Positions 37,304 to 49,292 of a stretch of DNA of 64,000 bases are shown here, piece by piece. Origin of the DNA: Octopus vulgaris (lineage: Eukaryota); the NCBI GenBank assembly GCA_951406725.2, contig OX597833.1, forward strand, positions 28,520,001 to 28,584,000, written 5' to 3'. The translations under genes and the position numbers were made by a program. The notes under the pieces were generated by a model, which did no database searches, was not told where the DNA came from, and was given only the letters and a program-made list of their open reading frames with translations. Numbering within the stretch: the stretch's first letter is position 1; the number at the start of each line of letters is the position of its first letter.

Positions 37304-37788
37304 TATCTGTTTTCAACACATGATTTCACATCAAGAATCTTGCAAAACAAATATATAAACGTAACAAAGTTTACTTAAGTGTTTCTTTTTTTTTTTTTTT
37401 GCAACAGATTTCTTTGCATCTGTTGCTTTGGTTGTGGTGGGAAAAAAATCTAAATACTCTTCAGAGTTGTGTCTTTACTAATGACATGTGTATATATTTG
37501 CTATCTGTATGTATATGTAATCATATTTATTTGTGAGAATAAACCTAGGTACACACATTTAGAACATCAAGTGACACATATATACACATACATGTGACAT
37601 ATATACACATCTAACAAACCAAATGTAGTACACATGTACACGTTTAACATACCAAGTGGTATACATATACACACACACACATATATATACAAACATATAT
37701 ATATATAATTATATATACATATCTATATATATATGTTTATATATATATATATATATATACACGCACACACACATATGTATATACATAC

Positions 37789-37847
<59 letters not shown>

Positions 37848-38151
37848 TAGCTGTATATATTATATTGTACTATATTATATTATACTATATTTTATGTGGT
37901 ATTTTCCATCTACTATGTATTGTGAATAGCAGAATGCACATAATCTAATATTGGTATTATTAATAATAGTAATAATATTAATAGTTTTGTTAATGTAATG
38001 AACTTTGTATATGTACCCCTTGATGTGGATGTATATGTATACTCCAGTATATATATTTGATTATCTGTAACCTTATGTGTATGTTACCTTATGTATCTGT
38101 AACCTTATGTGTATATTATTATACATATATTTATATATATGTATATACACT

Positions 38152-38202
<51 letters not shown>

Positions 38203-38260
38203 TTGTGTATGTGTATTTTGTTTCATATTTATATTTGCATTTTTATAATTGTACTTTATA

Positions 38261-38388
38261 ATCTCTGACGAGGCCTTCAGATATATATATATAAGTAACT
38301 CATTTTTAACTGCATATTACCTCAATACATTTTACTAATATAGGCAGAATGAGATACCTTTATTTACAGGCTGAAACAGCTGTAAGAT
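38261..38388 (+). ncRNA. Type-I hammerhead with very long loop II
   Basis: atct-CTGACGA-ggcct...~90 nt...aggct-GAAA-cagctg-TA-agat. Confidence 0.7.
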
Positions 38389-38570
38389 CCATTTTATGTA
38401 TATTATTCTTATGGTATTATTATCTTACATATTGATGTATATTGTTTTGTTTTGTTTGATTTGGATGTTCCTATTTATGTAGTTAATAAATAATATGAAT
38501 TGGTAATATCTGTAAGTCGATGATTGGAATGAATCTGTTCCTCCATTTTCTTATTTGTATATATGTTTAT

Positions 38571-39896
38571 ATCATCATCATCATCATCATCATCGTTTAA
38601 CGTCCGTTCTCCATGCTAGCATGGGTTGGACGGTTCGACCGGGGATCTGGGAAGCCAGAAGGCTGCACCAGGTTCCAGTCTTATCTGGCAATGTTTCTAC
38701 AGCTGGATGCCCTTCCTAACGCCAACCACTCCGTGAGTGTAGTGGGTGCTTTTTACGTGCCACCCGCTCAGGTGCCAGGCGAGGCTGGCAACGGCCACGG
38801 TCGGATTGGTGCAATTTACGTGCCACCGGCACTGAAGCCAGTCGAGGCGGCGCTGGCATCGGCCACGATTCGGATAGTGCTTTTTACGTACCACCAGTCC
38901 AGGGGTCCTGGCATCTGCCGGGTGCCAGTCATAGGATTGGTTCAATTTCGATTTCGATTTCACTTGCCCCAACATGTCTTCGCAAGCAAAGGGGGTTGGC
39001 ATGGGTGCCTGTCGTCGGATGAGGTTCGATATCGACTTCGCTTGCCTCAACAGGTCTTTGTGTCCAAGGGAAGAAAGGCATGCATAAGTGGGCTGGGCTC
39101 ACTTGTCCTGCCTGGTCTTCTCACGTACAGCATATTTCCATAGGTCTCGGTCGCTGGTCATTTCCTCAGTGAGGCCTAAAGTTCGAAGGTCGTGCTTCAC
39201 CACCTCGTCCCAGGTTTTCCTGGGTCTACCTCTTCCACGGGTTCCCTCAACTGCTAGGGATTGGCACTTTCTCACACACCTATCTTCATCCATTCTCACC
39301 ACATGACCATACCAGCGCAATCGTCTTTCTTGCACACCACAACTGATGCTTCTTAGGTACAACATTTCTCTCATGGTACTAAAGCTCTGTCGAGTATGTA
39401 CACTGACATTACACATCCATCGGAGCATACTGGCTTCATTCCTCGCGAGCTTACGCATGTCCTCAGCAGTCACGGCCCATGTTTCACTGCCTTGTAGCAT
39501 GGTTGTTCGTACACATGCATCATACAGTCTGCCTTTTACTCTGAGCGAGAAGCCTTTAGTCACCAGCAGAGGTAAGAGCTCCCTAAACTTTGCCTAGGCT
39601 ATTCTTATTCTAGCAGTTACACTTTCAACGCACCCACCCCCACTACTGACTTGGTCACCTAGATAACGGAAGCTATCAACTACTTCTAGTTTTTTCCCCT
39701 GGAAAGTGATGGAAGTTGTTTTCTGCAGATTTTCGGAGGTTAATGCTCCCGAGCATCTGCCACATACAAAAACTATCTTCCCAGTTAGCCTGCCTTTGAC
39801 ATTGCTGCACCTCTTATGTGTCCATAGCTTACACTGGGTACATCTTATAGAGTTTCTACTTACACCTTTTCTACAGATCGAGCAGGGCCATCTTCC
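38571..39896 (-). mobile_element. 5'-truncated RTE LINE (PHD-containing family) with full 3' UTR and (ATG)n tail
   Basis: WPCSICRKG...HKRC...CGRC, FRYLG, GSETW, RRLRWYGHV, RGRPRKTW; highly similar to 50900-52163. Confidence 0.92.
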
Positions 39897-39975
39897 ATAT
39901 ATATATATATGTATATATATATATATGTATATATATATATGTATATATACATATGTGTATATATATATATCTATG

Positions 39976-40054
<79 letters not shown>

Positions 40055-40269
40055 GCATGCACACACACACACAACACACATATCCACACAGATATACACA
40101 CACACATTTAACACACCATATGATATATGATAAGCAGTAAGTTACATATATTAACACACTCACATCTAACACACCACATGATACAAATACACATATGCAC
40201 ACACTGTACCTATCTATACAGTCAACATCTACATACTGTGTCCATATCTACACATAGTGTTTGTTTGTG

Positions 40270-41880
40270 TCAGAGGTGAGGAACCTTTTTAAATGTAATG
40301 GCCACATTAAAATCTGTGGCCACTCAATGAAGTTAATCAGTTAATGAGTGCGGCTATTCTCACAGAAATTTAAAATCTTGTTAATGTTATTTAAATTAAT
40401 AGCTGGCCGGTAAACAACTAAAACACAAGACATTTTAAGATGAATAATTTATTTACTTATTTCATTTGAGGAATTCTTTCTGAGATTGCTTCTGGTCTGA
40501 CAGCACTGTGAAATTGGCTTCTAAGAGGAAATGGGGTTCAGTTTTAATTGGTTTTCTTTGAGATTCATTGGGCATCTGTGTTCTCGTGTCAAATATGAGT
40601 ATGTTGATTCACACTGGTTTGTTGTACAAAGAACATAAACAGTATACAAGCACATTCACAAAGGTGAGGTTATTCTATCACCTTTATCCAATTTTCAATG
40701 GAATCTTCCTCACAAAAGATTTCTGAATATTATCATCAGAAAACACAATAAACTTAAACTGTAACTCTTCATGTGCCTTTGATACATCATCTAAGTTTGA
40801 ATAGCTAGTTTCAAGGTGATATCACATTTTAAAAATCATGGAGCCTGTCATTGAATTCTTTGATTAAGGCGTTTAAAAGTGATTTGCATTATTCACAGGT
40901 ATAAAGGCAGCAAGCTGGGCAAAATGTCTAGTGGCATTTCCTCCATTTTAATGTTCTGAGTTCAAATCCTGCCAAAGTTAACTATACTTTTCCTCCTTTT
41001 GGCATTGATAAAATAAGTACCAGTCATACTGGGTTTGATGAAATCAACTTACCCCCTCCCTCAAAATGTCAGGCCTTATGCCTAAAGTAGAAATGATTAT
41101 TCAGAGGTATAATCTTAATTTTCATTAATTATTTTTATGAACTAGAGAAAGTGTTCTGAAATTTCCTTCTTGCTCAAAAGGGATTAGGAAAACAACAACT
41201 TCTTTCTAAATATCAAGATTTTTTTGCCACATATCAAATATTTAACAGTGGATTAGTATAATTATTAGAGTATTGGACAAAGTACCATGCAGTATATCTT
41301 CTGACTCTTTATGTTTTGAGTTCAAATTCCACTGAAATCAAATTTGCCTTTCATTCTCTTGGAGTTGATAAAAAAAAAAAGCTATAAAACACCAGTTAAA
41401 TATTGGGGTTGATGGAATCCCCTTAAAGTTACTGTCATTGAACCTAAATCAATAACCATTATTACCTAGCAATGAAATACTTAATTTATTCTGTTTTAAC
41501 TTTATATCACTTACAAATGCAACATCTTGGTGAAAATTTGTACCTGATAATTAACAATGCTAATTCTTGAAAAGTCAATCATTTTCTCTTGCAATAATTT
41601 TCTCTTGCCTAATGCTTACCTTGCAATAAAGCATTGCACTTTTTGGATGATAAGGTAAAATACACATTAATTATCTTATCACCATCATGAGCATATGTTG
41701 AACTGGAAGTGCCTCATATAATTTTCTTAAATATAGTTCACAATACCTACTTTTTACAAAGTGTCATTTAAAATGACAGGTTTGGCACAGAAATTGTTTT
41801 GATGCAGAATACAATGAAAAAAATCAATATATTTGGATCTTAGAGTTTTCTTTTTAATAAAGCAATTAATCCTTTATTTT
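40270..41880 (-). mobile_element. Degraded hAT (Charlie/SPIN-like) transposon, interrupted by SINE B copies
   Basis: FHCILHQNNFCAK (41780-41820), LPYH.K..LQGK-like segment (~41615-41660), TTNQCESTYSYL (~40590-40630); terminus cagaggtgaggaacc at 40270. Confidence 0.65.
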
Positions 41881-41953
41881 TTTTCTGGTTATAGATCAAG
41901 CATCCAGTCTACTCACAACTGCTTGTTGAAAAGTCAGTCCCCATATTCTTCAC

Positions 41954-42162
41954 TTAGCTTTTAGCATCAAAACCAACCATACCTGTTTTATGTTCAAACT
42001 GGCCAGACCCAATATCTCACATCTACCCTACAATGTCATTCTAAAAATAAACAATCACATCATTGAAATCTTAAAGCAATGCAATAATGCATGATTAATT
42101 CAAAAGAATGTAGTTAAATAAGCATTATATTTGACAGAGTAATCTGAATGTTAAAAGGCTAA
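41954..42162. mobile_element. Degenerate piggyBac-like MITE
   Basis: Ends ttagcttttagcat / aatgttaaaaggctaa resemble decayed TTAA-CCCTTTAGCATT termini. Confidence 0.45.
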
Positions 42163-43060
42163 GAGTAAGTAAAATGAGTAATTCTTCAAATACATGTAAA
42201 ATCTTTGGATTATTTTTTGAAGTTGTTAATCTATTACTTTGAGGATTAATTCATACAAATACTCATGTCCATATAGTAGTGCTATTGGAATAAAATCACT
42301 GACAGATATTTGCCAATTTATTGCTCTCTAATATATATGGCAAATCGTATACTTTGTAATTTGTGATCCAAATGAAAAATGTCAGCTTATCTGTAGGCTC
42401 AGAGTTGATAAATCCATCAAATTGGGGAGTCTAGATTTAGGCTCATGGTGAAATTAGGCATGATAATTCTCCTTTCTTCATTACTGTATTTCAGGATCGG
42501 ACATCTTGGTAGATTCTTGCTAAATATTGTACATCCGGCAATGTTTATTGATATCACCAATAGTCTTTTCCACACTTATTTCCCTTACTTTTACATTAAT
42601 ATATGTTTCATATTTACAGGTATAAATGATTTATAAAGATGGATATATTCCATTCATGTTACACTTGGCACAATATTTTAACATCAGCCGGTATCTGTTC
42701 CATAAGAGTTCAGTCATTATATTCTTTTATTGTTGTACCTGCTCGGTATTCGTAGCTCTTATATCTTTTATCTTTTTCTTGTTTCAGTTATTAGACTGTG
42801 GCCATGCTGGAGCATCGTCTTAAAGAATTTTTAGACAAATGAATCAACCCCAGTACTTCTTTTTTTTTTCCTTTTTCTTTTCGTTAAACTTGGTATTTAT
42901 TCTATCGGTGTCTTTTTGCTGAACCACTAAGTTACAGGGACATAAACACATTACCACTAGTTGTCAAGTAATGTTGAGGACAAACACAGACACAAAGATA
43001 CACACAGACACATATATATATGTATATGTAGTGAGTTTTTGAAGTGATGTACAGATATTG

Positions 43061-43256
43061 TATATTGAGAATAACAAGGTAGTCAGAACGTTGGATGATT
43101 ATATACATTTTTATTTACATTTTTAGCGCTTTTTTCCATTATCAGATTTGGTAAACCACATTTTTGATAAATTTGATAACAGAAGAAAGTGTTAAAATGT
43201 AAATAAAAATATATATAATCATCCAACATTCTGACTACCTTGTTATTCTCAATATA
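43061..43256. repeat. ~196-bp imperfect palindrome inserted in a SINE A microsatellite
   Basis: tatattgagaataacaaggtagtcagaa... / ...ttctgactaccttgttattctcaatata. Confidence 0.8.
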
Positions 43257-44073
43257 TATGTATATATGATGGGGTTCTTTCAGTTTCCATCTACCAAATC
43301 CACTCACAAGGCCTGAGGCTATAGTAGAAGACACTGAACCACATAACCATGCCTGCACCTATATAGGAAAAAAAAAAAAAAGATTCACCTCCAAACATTG
43401 CAGAAGGCCACACTAGGTGACTAAGAAGGCTGCATACAGTCTCAAATTTACATGTTTCCCCACCTCTGGTCTCTTTGTCAACATTTACGCACTGTATGTA
43501 TTTTGTATTCTGTTAACATATACACAGTGTTTATCCATACAGTTAAACAGCTACATAGCATTACAAACTATGCCAATATTTCTTAGCCTTTTTTTTTCTG
43601 TAATTCTGTCTCCTTTCTTTACTAGTTTACCATCCTCATTTCCCACCTCATATAGTAAAAAAAAAATTTAAATAGTTTTGTATGCAACACAGTATATTCT
43701 TTAGTATTAACAGCCTTAAATTAATTTATCATTGACTTCTTTGAAATCAACATTAATGAAAATAAATCTAACAAAAACAATATGATTAATGTTAAAGAAG
43801 TTTTTAACTGAAAAGCAGTTTTGCCACTGGAGTCCTAAAATTTTCACTAGGAATTATGGAGCTATATCTTTAACTTTTCTCTTTTACTTATCATTAGACT
43901 GTGGCCATGCTGGGACACTACCTTGAGGAATTTTTAGTTGGATGAATCAACCCCAGTACTTATTTTTTGTTAAACCTGGTACTTATTTTATCAGTCACTT
44001 TTGCCAAAGTGATAAGTTATGAGGACATAAGCACACCAAAACTGGTTGTAAAACAGTAGGGAAGGACAAACTG

Positions 44074-44104
<31 letters not shown>

Positions 44105-44972
44105 CGAGGTGGCATCAAAAAGTTTTCAGACTAGTTCTGTAGCATGCTAACAGATGGTAGCCTATGGTTGCACATGCAGTGAGAACTAGCAGTGACCTTC
44201 ATGAGGCAGTGCATCAAGTGACATTGCTATGTTTACTTCGTAAGTTGTGAAGTTTGTGTTTTTGTGATCACATCTATGCTGTAGTCTGTGATTTTTGTGT
44301 TGGACAGGAAGTTGGAACAAAGAGCCAACACAAAATTTTACATGAAACTTGGGAAGTCTATTACAGAAACATTGAGCATGCATTGGTAAGATTACAGTGA
44401 TGAGGAAATAGGTCGTACACAACATTTCAAGTGGCACAGGTGCTTCAAAAATGGAAGAACATTTTTTTTGAAATCCACAGTATTGTGCATTGAGAATTCA
44501 TCCCCCCAGGGCCAGATCATCAATTGAGAGTTCTATTATGATGTTTTGAAGCATCTGAGGGAGGACATTCAGCAAAAGTTACTGGATCAGTGGAGCATGA
44601 AGACAATGCACCATCACAGAGCTCTCCTCATTTGTGAGTTTCTCGTCAAAAACAACATGGTATCACTTCCACACCCACTCTATTTGCCAGATTTAGCAGC
44701 TGCAGACTTCCGTCTCTTCCCCAAGATGAAAATGCTGCTCAAAGGTCACTATTTTAACACCGTTGTCAAGGTCAAGAGGGAATTGCAGAAGGTCCTCAAC
44801 TCACTTAGGAAAAATTACTTCCAGGCTGGATTCCAAAAGTGGCAGGAATACCACTGGGACCAGTGTATTGCTGCACAAAGTCACTATTTTGAAGGTGATT
44901 ATGTTAAAACTTAGATAAATAAGTTTTTTTTATTAAACATAACTGGTCTGGGAACTTTTTGATATCACTTCA
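44105..44972 (+). mobile_element. Internally deleted mariner element
   Basis: TA-flanked TIR cgaggtggcatcaaaaagtt / aactttttgatatcacttca; LPHPLYLPDLAAADFRLFPKMK (YSPDL-type motif), YFEG. Confidence 0.85.
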
Positions 44973-44974
44973 TA

Positions 44975-45295
44975 TATATGGACTGGTACCAAACTTTGGC
45001 ATCAAGTACTATACAAATGCCCATACAGGTTGCCACTGCATAGTACCAAGGATACCATCCACTGCATCTCACATAGAAACAAGGTATTGCAACAGCCTCG
45101 GTTTCAGAGGACCTCAGCTCTTTAATGTCCTGCCAAAACAATTGAGAGACCTGCAAGACATAGATGTAAAGGTCTTCAAAACAAAACTTGATACTTTCCA
45201 ATCCACGATACCAGACGAACCAATGGCTCGAAATGAGACAGAGTTGAGGGCAGCAATGTCAAATTCTCTTATACAGCAGATGTGCCATTGAAAGT
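44975..45295 (+). mobile_element. CR1/Jockey-group LINE 3' fragment
   Basis: NSLGFRGPQLFNVLP..LR......FKTKLDTF...IPDEP.......AMSNSL. Confidence 0.75.
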
Positions 45296-45594
45296 TTTGA
45301 TTGAACTACATCAGCTGGTGGAGAAGAGTCATGCAAGGAACGTACAAAGAGCACAGCATAAGGAGGGAAAGTCATAGTGGTACTCCAGCACAACTGCAGC
45401 CACTTGGTTGAAACAAATAGAGAGAGAGAAAAAAATATATATACATGACAGGCTTCTTCCAGTTTCCATCAACCAAATCCAGTCACAAGGCTTTGATTGG
45501 CCCAAGGCTGTAGTAGAAGATACTTGCCGAAGGTGACATGCAGTGGGAATGAACCTGGAACTATGTGGTTGTAAAGCAAGCTTCTTATGACACA

Positions 45595-45962
45595 CCGATA
45601 TAGTCAACATTTATATACTGTGTCTATTTAACAGTCAATATCAACATAGTGTGTTTGTCTATACAGTCAATATCTACACAGTTTGTCTAATTTATACAAT
45701 CAATATGTACACAGTGTTTGTCTAACTAGTTGACATCTACACATAATATTTGTCTATACAGTCAACAAGTACACACTATGTGTATGCAGTCAACATTTAC
45801 TGCATATCGTGTACATCTATAAGTAAGCATCTATACACTGTCTATACAGTTAGTATCTTCATGCTGTGTTTGTGTATGTAGTCAATTTGCAGTTGCTATG
45901 TCTGTCTATTCAGTCAACATTTACACACTGTCTCTAGCTTGTCAGTCAACATCTACACACTG
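45595..45962. repeat. Degenerate minisatellite (tatacagtcaacatctacacagtgtttgtc-like, ~30-40-bp units)
   Basis: About 10 recurrences of agtcaa(c/t)at(c/t)tac; related units also at ~40205-40268. Confidence 0.6.
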
Positions 45963-46134
45963 TGATGTAAGATAATATATATCACTTGATTAACACTGCT
46001 CATTATTCAAATAAAATGTTATAATTTGAAAAAAAAATATTGATTTTTCTTCTTTTGAAGGAAATTTGATCTTTTGAATTCGGAAAAATCTTTTGTTGTT
46101 CAGTTTCTTTAGAGACATTGCTCTCATTATTAAC

Positions 46135-46725
46135 TTACTTCCACCACCACCACCACCACCACAATTCTACCGCCATCACCAAACTATACCCACAGCCACT
46201 ACCAACTCAAACTTACAATTACCATTATTTCTGCAACCACCACCATCTCCACCACCACTACTATAACCAACATAGAACAGCCACCACCACCACCGTAGCA
46301 CTCCACCTTCAACCTTGCAACCACAATGTCTGCTGCCTTTGCAGAATCACCACCACATTGATCACCACTATCACTACTGCTTTATAACCACCATAAACAA
46401 CTGCTGCTGCCACCACCACCACATCACTACTATCATGACACCACTACCATGCCTCCATCATCACTACCTGAACAAGTATCAAACACCACATCCAGAACCA
46501 CTTCAACCACAAGTATCACCATCATCAACATCATAGCTGCAGTCAACCTATTAGATTGATGACAGCTGGTAAAGCTTCAAATCTAAGTTCACCATCAAAT
46601 ATCACTCTACTCCTTCCTTCTTAGCATGACCAAAGAATAGATTTTTTTCCAGCTCTTCTGCTATCTCCTCAACTATAAAACTATCACCACCACTACTAAC
46701 AACACCACATCATCACTTCACAACT
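46135..46725. repeat. Low-complexity (CAC/CAT/ACT)n region
   Basis: Direct inspection. Confidence 0.75.
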
Positions 46726-46932
46726 AGAGTTAGTTTATTTATGTCCATGTAACTTTGTGGTTCAGCAAAAGACACTGATAGAATATAGTACTAAACTTAA
46801 AGATAAACACTGGGGCTGGTTTGATCAACAAAACCTTTCAAGACGAGCCCAAGCACAGTAACTAAAACAAGTAAAAGAGAGTATGTCATCACCACCACCA
46901 TCATCATACACATATATATTAATCAGCGAGTA

Positions 46933-47744
46933 CAGGTCTGATCAATAAGTATCCGGACTGTTTTGCACAAAGTTTTAATGTTTTAGCTCACTTCGGCTAT
47001 TTCCAGTAGTGCTTGGAAGTAATGTGTGATTGTTGCATTGACCATGAAAGAGAAAGTTAAGCAGAGAATCAGCATCAAATTTTGCCAAAAGCTTGCCAAT
47101 ACCTGCTCAGAGGCCTACGCAAGGTTTTCAAAAAATTTTCATCATCTTCAACACAATCAAAGAGATCTTGTGGAACTGAAACCCAAGTGTCTTTTTGGTC
47201 AGCTGAAAGCAGATTTGACACAAATTTGGCAGACATGTATCTCATACCCAAATCTTCAGTGATAATGGAATGAACTGAACCATAACTAATCTGCACATCC
47301 TCTGATATCTCACAGATGGTGATTCAATTATTTCCCCTCACAACTGCATGCACATCTGCTATATTTTTCTTAGTTCAGCTGGTTGTGGGTCACCCAGAAT
47401 GTTCATCATTATCGGCATTTTTTCAGCCATCTTGGAAATGTCTGAACCACTCATACACTTATGTGCGGCTCATATACTCCTCTCTATACACTTTCTGCAA
47501 CTTTGTGTAACTCTCTGAGCAGATATTGCCATGACAACTTTTTCTGTCATAGTCAATGTGAGGATCTCACATTACACACATTACTTCCAAGCATTGCTGT
47601 AAACAGGGTAAGTGAACTAGAGCGTTTAAACTTAATGTGCATGCCCAGCAGAGGTCAAGGTCAATCTGTGCCAAGCAGCTTCACTTTGCATGCTTTAGCT
47701 TCGTTACTATAGCAACAGTCTGAATACTTATTGACCAGACCTCA
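46933..47744. mobile_element. Rearranged mariner derivative made of two converging 5' halves
   Basis: TIR aggtctgatcaataagtat / atacttattgaccagacct; plus-strand MKEKVKQRISIKFCQKL and minus-strand VYEWFRHFQDG...LGMRYMSAKFV. Confidence 0.75.
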
Positions 47745-47973
47745 TATATCCATTATGGCCTATCTTACCGATTGCTTTCACACTAGTTGTTCAATGGAGT
47801 GTTAGATAACAGCTGAGTTATGTAACCATGTGCTTTTCAGAAATGGTCACCATATTTTATTCCATAACTGCCATTTCTGAAGAGCGCAGGGTTACATAAC
47901 TGGGCTGTTATCTAACACCCCATTGAACACCTGGCATGAAACCGATTGGTAAGATAGGCCATAATGGATATAT
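47744..47973. ncRNA. 230-bp palindrome with one hammerhead motif per arm (plus copy 47871-47958)
   Basis: attt-CTGAAGA-gcgcagg...cctggcat-GAAA-ccgattgg-TA-agat; the minus-arm copy has core CTGAAAA. Confidence 0.7.
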
Positions 47974-48461
47974 AATACTGTACACTTTGATTGATATACC
48001 ACTCTATGAATTTTTAAACAGCTTAAGCGAAATATCAAATCAATGTATATATATATATTCATACATTTATATATATTTATATATATTCATATGTTTATAT
48101 GTATATATATATATATATATATATTCATACGTTTATATGTATATATATACATATATATATATATATTCATACATTTATATGTATATATATATACATATAT
48201 ATATTCATACATTTATATGTATATATATATACATATACATATATATATATACATATATATATACACACACATATATATATATACACATATACATGTATAT
48301 ACACATGTAAACTCTATTATTCTTTTATCTACTTTATCACTGATTCCTTTGACCACTCCCCTAAGAATGATAGTTTGCGCCATGCCTACCCCAAAAAGTC
48401 CCCCACCACCACCCCTTAAACCTGCCTAAGTGTATAAATGCCAAAACTATTCTTGTTACCC

Positions 48462-48512
48462 AGCTTCCTGATGATTTCTTTTGAATGAAACAGTTCTAGT
48501 CCTGTAGAAGCT
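48462..48512 (+). ncRNA. Intact canonical type-I hammerhead ribozyme
   Basis: agcttc-CTGATGA-t.ttc.tttt.gaa.t-GAAA-cag.ttctagtc.ctg-TA-gaagct; unit lies between two (TA)n tracts. Confidence 0.8.
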
Positions 48513-48525
48513 CCTTCTATAAAAT

Positions 48526-48573
<48 letters not shown>

Positions 48574-48720
48574 TATATCTATAAGTCAGTAAATGGTGAG
48601 GTTGTGTTAACTTCACAAGGAGAAATGATAGGAGAGGAAAAATTATAATAAGGCAGAATGCTAAATTGAAAGTAAATTTTAATAAAAATGGGTGTATGGA
48701 AAATTTTTTTTTTAAATAAT

Positions 48721-48762
48721 AAATCAATCCGGCTTTCATTGCAAGGCAAATTTTCAAGATTT
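48721..48762 (-). ncRNA. Degenerate hammerhead motif
   Basis: aaatc-TTGAAAA-t.ttgc.ctt.gcaa.t-GAAA-gccgga-TT-gattt; stems pair but the core has two substitutions. Confidence 0.45.
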
Positions 48763-49250
48763 GGAAGGGGGGAATAAATTTTTTTTAAATTGAGGAAGGG
48801 GAAAAAGAAATTTACGATGTTTTTTTCAAAAAAATAATAATATATATATACAAAAATTAATAAATAAGTATACCAATACATTGTAGAGTCTTTATGCTTT
48901 TAAAGTGCAATAATAGTCCTTGGCAAAACTTCTTTGGAGGATTAGGATGCATGTGTTTACATGTAGTGTATATTTTGAAAGAGTGGGGTGATTGTGTGTC
49001 AAAACAGGAAATGGGATAGGAGTTATCCAGTTCCTGTGAGTAAGGGGAGACAATTCTGTGGATTTTATACTCTTTAATTGGAATGATGGATTTTTTGTCA
49101 AACAGGATGCTTATATGAATTTTTTGTCAGAGAGGATATTAGAAAAAGGAGTATGGTCACCGTGGAGTTTGCATATTAAGACGCATTTGGAATTTTTCAA
49201 TAAAAAGATTCTCCTTGTTGATTCTTTCTTGTGTAGAGATTCTGTCTTTA

Positions 49251-49281
<31 letters not shown>

Positions 49282-49292
49282 ACATACATATA

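Noticed and set aside
46118-46536. His/Thr-rich ORFs
   Set aside because: Low-complexity (CAC)n DNA, open in several frames, no splice or domain support
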